Assembly (NCBI GenBank): GCA_017403955.1
Contig: JAFRDH010000025.1
Coordinates: forward strand, 71,294 to 135,293
DNA length: 64,000 nt
Direction of reading: 5' to 3'
Origin: Mogibacterium sp.
Lineage (GTDB): Bacteria; Bacillota; Clostridia; Peptostreptococcales; Anaerovoracaceae
Positions 37,545-46,329 of this stretch are shown here, one piece after another. The position numbers and the translations under genes were made by a program. The first letter of the stretch is position 1. Each line of letters opens with the position of its first letter. Below the pieces are notes generated by a model, which was given only the letters and a program-made list of their open reading frames with translations, was not told where the DNA came from and searched no databases.

Positions 37545-38279
37545 TTAATAGTCAACTTCTTTGCCTTCGGATAAGCGCTTTTCTTTGAGAAGCAGAAGGC
37601 CTTCGAATCTTTCAAGATCTTCTCTGTTGGATATTTTGAAATTATGTCCGCTGGTCTTGGAGAACCAGAGACGTTTGCCGAGAGCCAGATAGACCGATGT
37701 GGTATGCGGTTCGAGATCGTCGAGCATTCCCTTGGCTATGACTTCATCATACGCCTCGACCAGTTCGCCGTATCTGAAGGACCACGGATTGCTGAAGCCC
37801 TTGATCGTTTCTCTGATCAGGTTCTGCGTCGTGCTGTAGTCATCGTCCTTGATGCATGTGCAAAGCACATAGTCTTCTGCGCTTATTCCATTGCCGTGTT
37901 CAGACGCGACTCTGATGCTGTCGTTTATGATGTCCGGAGAACAGAATGGCGAAACACCGAATGAAATCACGGCGATATCGTCAGGAGATATTTTGTCTCT
38001 GAGATGATATACGCCATTCAGGACAGACTCCTGAAAAGTGTTGCCTCCGACTGTCGTCCATCTGAGTTTGGTGATCCCGTACTCTTTGCAGATATGTTGT
38101 ACATGATCTACCCAGTCTTTATGACAGACAACTTCGATCGCAGATATCTCATCATCATTCTGGAAGTTCTCGAGTGTATAGATCAGGATCGGTTTGCCCA
38201 TGATCTCAAGGAATTGCTTTGGTATGTCCGCACCGACTCTGGTGCCTGTGCCTCCTGCGAGCACAATCGCTATATTCAT
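37545..38279 (-). CDS. IspD/TarI-family cytidylyltransferase, divergent substrate motif
   Basis: The CTP loop IAIVLAGGTGTRVGADIPKQFLEIMGKPIL is intact. The canonical HD(G/A)(V/A)RP is replaced by ISFGVSPF. Confidence 0.75.
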   Translation of the reverse strand: MNIAIVLAGGTGTRVGADIPKQFLEIMGKPILIYTLENFQNDDEISAIEVVCHKDWVDHVQHICKEYGITKLRWTTVGGNTFQESVLNGVYHLRDKISPDDIAVISFGVSPFCSPDIINDSIRVASEHGNGISAEDYVLCTCIKDDDYSTTQNLIRETIKGFSNPWSFRYGELVEAYDEVIAKGMLDDLEPHTTSVYLALGKRLWFSKTSGHNFKISNREDLERFEGLLLLKEKRLSEGKEVDY

Positions 38280-38380
38280 ATTATTACCACCTCTGTATGA
38301 CTGGATTCAGCCCATAAAATACAATCATATTATCTTAAAAAAACCTTAATATGTCAACGAAGATACTATATGGTACAATA

Positions 38381-38408
38381 TTGTAAACAGGATATAAATC
38401 TGTATAAT
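38381..38408 (+). promoter_or_regulatory. Sigma-A-type promoter candidate for the lipoprotein gene
   Basis: TTGTAA (38381-38386), a 16-nt spacer, then TATAAT (38403-38408) preceded by TG. Confidence 0.4.
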
Positions 38409-38444
38409 GATACTTAATTTTACGGGGAGACAAGGAGACAAATA

Positions 38445-39044
38445 ATGAAAAAGAAACTGACGATTTTTCTGATCCTCATGCTTGTGATAATGAGCTTCAC
38501 TGCTTGTTTCAAGGACTCGGACGATTCCGGCTCCTCCGGCTCCGATGGAAATCAATCACAGACTTCTGAGGACGCAGAAGAGATGGATGACGAAGATGAT
38601 GAAGAGGGAAATCCTGACGGATGGGATGCCGCGGACACGTACCAGCCTGATGAGGATATGGTATATAACGGAAAGACTCTGCAGGAGAGACTCAAATATC
38701 TGAAGCTCGACGGCTGGGTACAGAAAGGTGATTCCTATGTCTTCACTACAGACGATGAGGACTGCAAGGGTGAATACAAGATCTCCGCTAATGGCAATGA
38801 TGCTGATCTGACGGTCACTTTCGATTACGGCGGCGACAATAACGAAATGATCGCTTTCTATAAGGAGGACAAGGACGCATCGAGATCGATCTGTGCTTAC
38901 TGGTATCTGAGAGCAGCTTATGTAACATCTATTGAAGAAGGCTCAGTCCACTACGTGCTTAAAGTCGGCAACACCAAAGTCATTGATGACAGTATGACTT
39001 ACGAAGATGCCGATGACGCGTATGATACGTACTTCGCAGACTGA
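38445..39044 (+). CDS. Acidic lipoprotein, function unknown
   Basis: The signal peptide has a lipobox-like SFTAC. The mature part starts with a Ser/Asp/Glu-rich linker. RBS GGAGACAAGGAGA lies upstream. Confidence 0.65.
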   Translation: MKKKLTIFLILMLVIMSFTACFKDSDDSGSSGSDGNQSQTSEDAEEMDDEDDEEGNPDGWDAADTYQPDEDMVYNGKTLQERLKYLKLDGWVQKGDSYVFTTDDEDCKGEYKISANGNDADLTVTFDYGGDNNEMIAFYKEDKDASRSICAYWYLRAAYVTSIEEGSVHYVLKVGNTKVIDDSMTYEDADDAYDTYFAD

Positions 39045-39141
39045 TGCAGATCCGGTCTGCCGGACAGGACCGGTATTAATGATTCTTTAGAAAAATAACA
39101 AATATTAATAAAAAGCAGGTTTAATCTTAAAAAACGTGTAG

Positions 39142-39187
39142 GTTCAGCATAACAAATGTCAAGGTTTGTTGATGCTGAACTTTTTTA
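39142..39187 (+). terminator. Rho-independent terminator
   Basis: GTTCAGCATAACAAA-TGTCAAGG-TTTGTTGATGCTGAAC (one mismatch) followed by TTTTTTATT. Confidence 0.7.
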
Positions 39188-39247
39188 TTCCTACAATTGC
39201 ACTACACACGAAAAATTCATGAAGGACATGAAACAGAGAGGCTTTAT

Positions 39248-40771
39248 ATGGATATTACAACAAGATTAAAACTGCGAAGCAAAAAGATTGCTGTAATACT
39301 GATAGGAGTATTGTTATTCACAGCAGTCTTTGCGTTCGTCCAGAACAGGGTGCAGGCCGACACGATCGCGTCAGCGAGCGGTAAGGTAAATGCTTCGGGA
39401 GGAGCATACCTGAGGTCAAAGGCTTCAACAAAGAGCGATGCTGTTAAATTGCTGAAGAATAAGACTGTAGTTACGATCACTGAGGAAGTGTTTGTCAAAG
39501 AAGGCAGCACCAAGGCGACCAACAGGTGGTACCAGGTAACTGCAGCAGGAGCAAGCGGCTATATCAGATCAGACCTCGTTAACAGTATCAGCTATAAGCA
39601 GACCAGCGGGAAGACGATAGATGCTCTCAATTACAGAACCGGACCGAGTGCGAAAATGGCGAAAAAAGGCTATTTCAAGAACAACTCCAAGGTCACGATC
39701 GTTCTCAGAGCAAGTCTGAAGGGCAGTTCAGATGAGTGGTACAAGGTCAAGATCGGTAAGAAGTTCTACTTCGCATGTGCAGACTGGATCAGAGTCGGCG
39801 CAGTCAAGACCGCTCAGACAGCAGCACCGGACAGCACTACGAATTCTGTCATGGCAGCTTCCGCTACAGATGTAGTTCCGGGCGTTTCTATCGAAACACC
39901 GACCGTACCTGTTTTCACAACAGAGGATATCACCCATCCGACAACACTGATCGAGGGCATGGGCTTTGGCCTTGCAGGAACCATCAGCTGCAATATCCCT
40001 ATCGAGAAAGCAAGAGTAGGGATCATCGATTCAAAGGGCAAATGGCTCTATGATGTAAATAAGGAAGTCGACAGTGAAACATTCAGCCTTAGCTCCGTTG
40101 ACGCTGCTATCAAATTCGGCAGCCTCAAGGCCGGCACATATACTTACAGAGGCGATGTATATGTAAACGGACAGTCATCCACACAGTTCAGCTATAAGTT
40201 TGTCATAAAGAAAGGAACAGGCGGAGAAAGACTGGCTTCGACAGCACAGCAGCTCGCTTGGCCGATCGGAACTTCCAAGAGCACATACAAGAAGAAAGCA
40301 ACTCCGAACTATACAGCAGCACTTAATTCTGTATATCCGGAACATAATAAATGGAAGAAAGGCGCTAGAACAGGAGCGTCCTGCGATGTATTCGTAGGTA
40401 CTGTATGCAGATACAGCGGAATCGATCCGAACATGCCAAGAACAGTCGGAACGATCTGGGAGTACCTGCCAAAGCATCCGGAAAAGTGGGTCAAGATCAA
40501 TTACACATACAAGGAATCTGACCTCAGAAGCGGCGACATCATCATCTACTACTACAAAAAAGGCGGCGGAAAGCATGTCTGCATGTATGTAAAAATCAAC
40601 GGCAAGGGTTATCTTGCAGAAGCAAATTATCCTAGCGGTTACTATGGATTCATCAACGGATCCAAGGGCAAGCTGTTCAAATCAAGCGATAAGAAGAAAT
40701 TCGCTGTATACAGATTTGCAGGCGAGACCAAGGCGAGCATAGCATCCGCATCGGATGAACCGGGAGAATGA
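39248..40771 (+). CDS. Secreted protein with two SH3b-type domains and a C-terminal papain-like (NlpC/P60/CHAP superfamily) domain
   Basis: TM/signal: IAVILIGVLLFTAVFAFV. SH3_3-like: GKVNASGGAYLRSKAS..NRWYQVTAAGASGYIRSDLV and ALNYRTGPSAKM..DEWYKVKIGKKFYFACADWI. Cys/His pair: GASCDVFVGTVC ... GDIIIYYYKKGGGKHVCMYV. I place the start at ATG 39248, after AGAGAGG. Confidence 0.65.
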   Translation: MDITTRLKLRSKKIAVILIGVLLFTAVFAFVQNRVQADTIASASGKVNASGGAYLRSKASTKSDAVKLLKNKTVVTITEEVFVKEGSTKATNRWYQVTAAGASGYIRSDLVNSISYKQTSGKTIDALNYRTGPSAKMAKKGYFKNNSKVTIVLRASLKGSSDEWYKVKIGKKFYFACADWIRVGAVKTAQTAAPDSTTNSVMAASATDVVPGVSIETPTVPVFTTEDITHPTTLIEGMGFGLAGTISCNIPIEKARVGIIDSKGKWLYDVNKEVDSETFSLSSVDAAIKFGSLKAGTYTYRGDVYVNGQSSTQFSYKFVIKKGTGGERLASTAQQLAWPIGTSKSTYKKKATPNYTAALNSVYPEHNKWKKGARTGASCDVFVGTVCRYSGIDPNMPRTVGTIWEYLPKHPEKWVKINYTYKESDLRSGDIIIYYYKKGGGKHVCMYVKINGKGYLAEANYPSGYYGFINGSKGKLFKSSDKKKFAVYRFAGETKASIASASDEPGE

Positions 40772-40801
40772 TAATATCCAAAAGCCTTAAATAAAGAGAG
40801 G

Positions 40802-40846
40802 AGCAGTGATTTCCCCTGCGCACGGGAATCACTGCTTCTTTCTTTG
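40802..40846 (+). terminator. Rho-independent terminator candidate
   Basis: AGCAGTGATTTCCC-CTGCGCAC-GGGAATCACTGCT (one bulged T) followed by TCTTTCTTT. Confidence 0.5.
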
Positions 40847-40935
40847 GCCTAATTCAACATCTTCAAAGATTGCTTGTAATAGCCCAATTTGATAAAATAA
40901 ATAAGATACTTTACTAATAATAACGAGGAATGCCA

Positions 40936-41988
40936 ATGAATGAGAAAAAATCAGTCATCCTGACATTGCTGGGAGAAGTTCATAAACTGTGTAAGAAGAA
41001 CGGCATCGTTTATTATCTCGCAGAGACAGAGAAAACAGCTTATTCCGCAACTCTTACGATGGACGCTCAGGCTATCAGGAAGTTTATTGACTCCTATGAG
41101 GGAGATACAGAGCACCGTGCACTCGAGCACAGGGGCAATAACCACAGCCTGTCAGATAACAACCTGAAATATATAGACCTTGATACTACATATATAACAG
41201 AAGGAAGAATCATCAGAGATATCCATCTCGGAATGTATATCAAGATCAAACCTGCAGGCGACAGCAAGAGTGTCTGGACCAAGCTGGAAAGATTCAGAAA
41301 GCATACCGGATTCGAAACAAGTGTAAAAAGATCGGCTCTCATCAACAGTCTTTCGGGCGCTATCTACAAAGATGTGATCCGCAAGAGCAACGGGAAGATC
41401 ACTGCAAAATCCGTCAAAGAGATCGAAATTGCCGGCACGCCTGTTTACGTCAAGAAAGATTCTCCGTTTATTGAGGATCCTGAGGGTTGCTTCGACAAGC
41501 TCATCGTCGAGAAGAACAATACCGAATTCTTCGTTTGCGATGCAGAACTTTCATATAGAGACATCGATCTTGACTCCTCCCGCAAGAGGCTTGCTATCTA
41601 TTATCGCAAGCTGAGAGTACCTAAGATCAAATTCAAACGGAGCGATGCTGAGCAGAACTTGGCCACTGCAGTATCAGGCGCAAGTTTTGCCAGATTTTGC
41701 GTTGCCACAGATCTGCTGCAGAAGTACACCTATGAAGAGATCATCGAGCATGCTGACGATGAGGATGTAAGAGCAGCTCTGAATGAATACATTTCCAAAG
41801 CGACCAAGCTCCGCAGCAAGAAGCTGTCAGCTTATATCGGCGATGAATTCACCGAGGTGATCAACAAGCTGTACCCTGAGATCGACACGGATGATCTGTA
41901 CAAATACACGCCGGAAGTTTATCTTGAAGGAATCAAGGTAACAGACTATAATGGTAATCTTATTGGAATTTATGGAGGTAAGAAATGA
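40936..41988 (+). CDS. LicD-family-like protein lacking the DXD catalytic motif (probable non-catalytic paralogue)
   Basis: The N-terminus VILTLLGEVHKLCKKNGIVYYLAE aligns with the LicD start of the next gene (ILVQLLREIDEVCRANDIRYYLCGG). The GGT..G..RH.GF.PWDDDIDI segment is absent. The ATGA overlap with the next gene suggests translational coupling. I prefer the start at ATG 40936 over 40930. Confidence 0.5.
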   Translation: MNEKKSVILTLLGEVHKLCKKNGIVYYLAETEKTAYSATLTMDAQAIRKFIDSYEGDTEHRALEHRGNNHSLSDNNLKYIDLDTTYITEGRIIRDIHLGMYIKIKPAGDSKSVWTKLERFRKHTGFETSVKRSALINSLSGAIYKDVIRKSNGKITAKSVKEIEIAGTPVYVKKDSPFIEDPEGCFDKLIVEKNNTEFFVCDAELSYRDIDLDSSRKRLAIYYRKLRVPKIKFKRSDAEQNLATAVSGASFARFCVATDLLQKYTYEEIIEHADDEDVRAALNEYISKATKLRSKKLSAYIGDEFTEVINKLYPEIDTDDLYKYTPEVYLEGIKVTDYNGNLIGIYGGKK

Positions 41989-43628
41989 GCAGTAAAAGAC
42001 TTCAGTCAATATTAGTTCAGCTCCTCCGAGAAATAGATGAGGTCTGCCGTGCGAATGATATCAGGTATTATCTCTGCGGAGGAACCTGCATAGGCCAGAT
42101 CAGACATGGCGGTTTCGTGCCATGGGACGATGACATCGATATTTTTATGCCTCGCAAGGACTATGAGAAGTTCGAAGAGGTCATCAGCAAGAACATGCCG
42201 GAGGGCAGAGATCTTGTAAGTTTCAGCAGATACAACACTTACACGAACCCGGTGCCAAGATATATGGATCTGTCAACGACGGCAATCAGAAGCGGAAGAC
42301 TCGGTGACGGAACGGTCTGCGGTGAGTGTATTGAGATCTTTATTCTTGACCCGATGCCGCGTGACGAGAAAGAACGCGACGAGTGGAAGAAACTTCAGTA
42401 TGTATATTGCGAACTGCTTACTACAGGATGGATCCAGGGCAAGCGCAGATACAGGAAGAAATATGTCGATATCGACTTATATAATAAATATAGGAAGAAA
42501 GCAGCCAAAGTCGGAAGGCTCGCAGTGCTTGCAGAGCTCGAAGAGAAGCTGTTCAACATCGATGAAAAGGATTCGGATATATACTGCTACAGATGGACGC
42601 CGAGAAGTCTCTTCGAGATGCCGATCAAGTGCTACGGAACGCCTAAGGATGTTATCTACGAAGGAATGCATGTCCTGACACTTGAAAGACCTGCAGAATA
42701 CCTGCAGCTTTACATCGGATATACATGGAGAAACCTCCTTGCTCCGGAGGACAGAGGCATCCATCCTACAAGGATCAATCATGACCTTGCGGCAGGAAAC
42801 TGCGAGAGAGAATTCCTACAGATCGTCAGTGAGGACGAATACAACAGGATATTCCAGCATCACAAAGATGAGAGTATGGAATATTACAGACTGAGGAATC
42901 TCTATTTCCGCGACAGACTCGATCCTGCAATGAAATATGCTGTCGCCAAGTCGAAAGCCGAGTTTGCGCGCTACGGCAAGGAAGCACTCAGCAAAGACAC
43001 CAAGCTTGCGCTCAAAGCTTTTGGTGAATATATTAAGCTGCAGAGAAATGCAACCCTCAGAGATAACGATATTGCTATCCCGCTGGACAATGAGATCGTA
43101 GATCTTGTCGCAGATGCTATGTTCAGAGAGCATATGGTCCAGCAGCTTTTCCAGATCCTTCATGTAAGACACAAGAACGTGGGTAACGGTATCGAGCTTA
43201 CTGAACTTCAGGAGCAGTACTACAGAGACTGCAAAGATTTCCTGAAGATGGTCGTTCACATCGATGAAGGTGAGTATGAAGAGGCTGAAAGTTATTGCAA
43301 GATGCTCGGAGAGAAATATCCTGATCATCTGTGGATCTACAGATGCAAGATGAGACTCGCCATAGAGCGTGCCGTTACACCTGAAGATTACACCAAAATG
43401 GCAGAGCTCGGAGAAGAAGCTCTCAAGCTTTATCCTGAAGATGACTGCATCAACAAGAGATATGCTGATGCACTTCTTGCACTCTCCAGAAAGGATGAAG
43501 CAGAAAAGATTTATCACAAAGTATCGAGAGAGAGTATCAACGGACTCCTTCTCAGAGAGATGAAAGAGTACGGAATCGAAGAAGCCGCTCTCAAACTCGA
43601 TGCGAAAGTATGGAAGTTTGATGAATAA
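41985..43628 (+). CDS. licD: LicD-family phospho-alcohol transferase (phosphocholine or alditol-phosphate) with C-terminal helical/TPR-like domain
   Basis: YYLCGGTCIGQIRHGGFVPWDDDIDIFMPRKDYEKF and CIEIFILDPMP are canonical LicD motifs. About 270 extra C-terminal residues are helical repeats. Confidence 0.8.
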   Translation: MSSKRLQSILVQLLREIDEVCRANDIRYYLCGGTCIGQIRHGGFVPWDDDIDIFMPRKDYEKFEEVISKNMPEGRDLVSFSRYNTYTNPVPRYMDLSTTAIRSGRLGDGTVCGECIEIFILDPMPRDEKERDEWKKLQYVYCELLTTGWIQGKRRYRKKYVDIDLYNKYRKKAAKVGRLAVLAELEEKLFNIDEKDSDIYCYRWTPRSLFEMPIKCYGTPKDVIYEGMHVLTLERPAEYLQLYIGYTWRNLLAPEDRGIHPTRINHDLAAGNCEREFLQIVSEDEYNRIFQHHKDESMEYYRLRNLYFRDRLDPAMKYAVAKSKAEFARYGKEALSKDTKLALKAFGEYIKLQRNATLRDNDIAIPLDNEIVDLVADAMFREHMVQQLFQILHVRHKNVGNGIELTELQEQYYRDCKDFLKMVVHIDEGEYEEAESYCKMLGEKYPDHLWIYRCKMRLAIERAVTPEDYTKMAELGEEALKLYPEDDCINKRYADALLALSRKDEAEKIYHKVSRESINGLLLREMKEYGIEEAALKLDAKVWKFDE

Positions 43629-44437
43629 TGGATACTATCAGAATAATAATTGAAGAACATAGGTTGCTCGGATTCCGTCAGATAACTAAGCTGGCCAAAT
43701 CTGACCTGGTCAAAAAGTACCGCGGCGCGGCACTAGGTTGGGCATGGGCACTTGTAAAGCCTGCGGTCAGGATCTTCGTTTTCTGGTTCGCTTTTTCCAT
43801 AGGAATGAAAGGCGGCAAACCGATAAATGGTTATCCGTGGATCCTCTGGCTTATAGCAGGATTCCTGCCATGGTTCTATATGCAGGAAATGATCAGTGGA
43901 GGCGCCGGCTGCATCAGAAAACACAAGCACCTGGTCACCAAGATGAGATTCCCGGTTTCTACGATCCCGACTTTCTCAAGTCTTTCCAGCCTGTACATTC
44001 ACTGGGTACTCCTTGCGGCGGCAATTATCATATTCGCCTGCACAGGACATTTCCCTGACAAATACTATCTGCAGATACCGTTTTATATGTTGCTGATGTT
44101 TGTCTTCTTTACAGTATGGGCACTGGGAGGCGGACTGCTTGCGGCACTCAGCAAAGACTTCCAGAATCTTGTAAAATCCATCCAGACTGCAATATTCTGG
44201 CTGTCAGGAGTAATGTATGATGTCAACAAGATCAACAATCACACGATCAGAGTGATCCTCAAGTTCAACCCGATCACTGTTATCGCGAGCGGATACAGAA
44301 AAGTCTTCATTTACAAAGAATGGTTCTGGGAAGACAAGACTGAGCTGCTGTGTTTCTCAGTAACTTTGCTTGCTTTCTGCATACTCGCTATATGGGCATT
44401 CAGGCGACTGAGAAAAGAAGTGCCTGATGTGCTGTAG
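43628..44437 (+). CDS. tagG: ABC-2-type polymer export permease (teichoic acid translocation permease type)
   Basis: 269 aa with six hydrophobic helices. The ABC-2 entry motif LAKSDLVKKYRGAALGWAWALVKPAV is present. The start overlaps the previous stop (TAATG). Confidence 0.8.
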   Translation: MDTIRIIIEEHRLLGFRQITKLAKSDLVKKYRGAALGWAWALVKPAVRIFVFWFAFSIGMKGGKPINGYPWILWLIAGFLPWFYMQEMISGGAGCIRKHKHLVTKMRFPVSTIPTFSSLSSLYIHWVLLAAAIIIFACTGHFPDKYYLQIPFYMLLMFVFFTVWALGGGLLAALSKDFQNLVKSIQTAIFWLSGVMYDVNKINNHTIRVILKFNPITVIASGYRKVFIYKEWFWEDKTELLCFSVTLLAFCILAIWAFRRLRKEVPDVL

Positions 44438-44456
44438 TTGCTTCGAAGGAGAATGA

Positions 44457-45194
44457 ATGGATAACGAAAAAGATATCGCTATACGATTTGATCATGTAAC
44501 CAAGGAATACAAGCTGTACAAGAACGACAAGGCCAGATTCAAGGGGCTTTTCAACAAGAAGATCCCGTATAAGACCAATAAGGCCGTCAACGATCTTTCG
44601 TTTACAGTAAGACGAGGCGACGCTGTATCTCTGATCGGAAGAAATGGTGCTGGTAAGTCCACCATTCTGAAAATCATCACAGGCGTTACTTTTCCTACGT
44701 CCGGAACTGTAGAGGTCAACGGCAAGATCAGTGCTTTGCTCGAGCTCAGTGCCGGATTCGACAAAGAGTTCACCGGCAGAGAGAACATCTATCTCAAATG
44801 CGAGCTCATGGGAATGAGTCAGGAAGAGATCAAAGCAGTCGAGCCGGATATCGTTGCTTTTGCGGATCTCGGAGAATATATCGATCAGCCGCTCAGAGCA
44901 TATTCGAGCGGTATGAAATCGAGACTCGGATTTGCCATCAGTGTTAATGTACAGCCGGATATCCTGATCGTAGACGAGGCACTCAGCGTCGGAGACAGGA
45001 AGTTCCGTAAGAAATGTAAAGAGAGAGTCAGAGAGATAATGGCGGACGAGACCGTAACATTGTTATTTGTAACTCACTCACTTGATGCTGCCAAAGATTT
45101 CTGCAAGAGAGGAATCGTCCTTGAGAGAGGAAAGAAGCTTTTCGACGGAGAAATAGACGAGGCCATCGAATTCTATGACGCCAGAGAAGAATAA
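44457..45194 (+). CDS. tagH: Polymer export ABC transporter ATP-binding protein (teichoic acid export type)
   Basis: Walker A GRNGAGKST, signature YSSGMKSRLGFA and Walker B ILIVDEALSVGD. Confidence 0.85.
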   Translation: MDNEKDIAIRFDHVTKEYKLYKNDKARFKGLFNKKIPYKTNKAVNDLSFTVRRGDAVSLIGRNGAGKSTILKIITGVTFPTSGTVEVNGKISALLELSAGFDKEFTGRENIYLKCELMGMSQEEIKAVEPDIVAFADLGEYIDQPLRAYSSGMKSRLGFAISVNVQPDILIVDEALSVGDRKFRKKCKERVREIMADETVTLLFVTHSLDAAKDFCKRGIVLERGKKLFDGEIDEAIEFYDAREE

Positions 45195-46329
45195 AGTGAC
45201 AAAAATCATAATATTATTCAAATCAATACTGAACCTTTTGTACAAGGGAATGTGCCGCAAAGATACCGAAAAGAAAGTTCTCTTCATGAGCAGACAGAGC
45301 AACAGACCATCGGTAGATTTTGAGTTGCTCGCTGATCGCATCAGTGAAGAGCATCCTGACTATTCTATAGAGATGCTTTGCAGGATGATGGGCGGCGGCC
45401 TTAAGGGCAAGGCGTCTTATGCATTCCACATTCTCAAACAAATAAAGAGCCTTTCAAAATCGAGAATAGTTATTCTCGATTCTTATTGTATCCCGGTAAG
45501 CATCCTCAGGCACCGCGACCATCAGGTCATCGCGCAGATCTGGCATTCCATAGGAACGATGAAGAAAAACAGCTTCAGCATCCTCGACAGACCGGAAGGA
45601 AGATCTTCGGCAATTGCAGAAGCAATGGATATGCATAAGAATTATGATGTGATCTTCTGTGCCGGAGAAGGATACCGCGGATACCTTGCGGAAAGCTTCA
45701 ACTATCCGCCGGAGGCGCTCACAATAGTTCCTCTCCCGAGAGTCGATCTTCTGAGAGACAAGGAATACCAGCGCCGCAAGAGAGACGAGATCCTTGCAAA
45801 GTATCCATCACTTGCCGGAGGGAAGAATATCGTCTATGCGCCGACCTTCCGTAAAGGCGAAGACGAAAGAGAACCATTCAGAAAAGCAACAGAAGCACTG
45901 AAAGAAGCGATAGCGGGATATGGTGACAAATATAATCTGATCGTCAAGGCACATCCTCTTTCGGATGTTGAGTCTGACTGCAAAGAATATTCAACGATGG
46001 ATATGCTGTCTGTCTGCGATTATTTCATCAGTGACTACAGCTGTGTTGTGTATGAAGCCGGCGTAATGCGGATACCGTTCTTCTTCTATGCATATGACTT
46101 TGACGAATACATGTCGAGAAGAAGTGTATATATAGACTATCCGGGAGACCTTCCGGGGGGCATGTACAGAACTGCCGCGGATATCATCAGAGATATCGAT
46201 GCCGGCAATTATGACGCTGCAGCAATGGAAGAATTCGTGAACAAATACGTAGAACTGCCGGATGGTTCGGCAGCACATTTCATGATCAAAGAGATTTTCA
46301 GCAAAAGCGGAGGGAAATCGTGGACTTAA
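45175..46329 (+). CDS. TagB/TagF-family transferase, short (TagB-sized) form
   Basis: 384 aa. Motifs: AQIWHSIGTMKKNS, VYAPTFRKGED and ISDYSCVVYEAGVMRIPFFFYAYDFDEY. The start is uncertain: ATG 45175 overlaps tagH by 20 nt, and a GTG just after the tagH stop is an alternative. Confidence 0.75.
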   Translation: MTPEKNKVTKIIILFKSILNLLYKGMCRKDTEKKVLFMSRQSNRPSVDFELLADRISEEHPDYSIEMLCRMMGGGLKGKASYAFHILKQIKSLSKSRIVILDSYCIPVSILRHRDHQVIAQIWHSIGTMKKNSFSILDRPEGRSSAIAEAMDMHKNYDVIFCAGEGYRGYLAESFNYPPEALTIVPLPRVDLLRDKEYQRRKRDEILAKYPSLAGGKNIVYAPTFRKGEDEREPFRKATEALKEAIAGYGDKYNLIVKAHPLSDVESDCKEYSTMDMLSVCDYFISDYSCVVYEAGVMRIPFFFYAYDFDEYMSRRSVYIDYPGDLPGGMYRTAADIIRDIDAGNYDAAAMEEFVNKYVELPDGSAAHFMIKEIFSKSGGKSWT

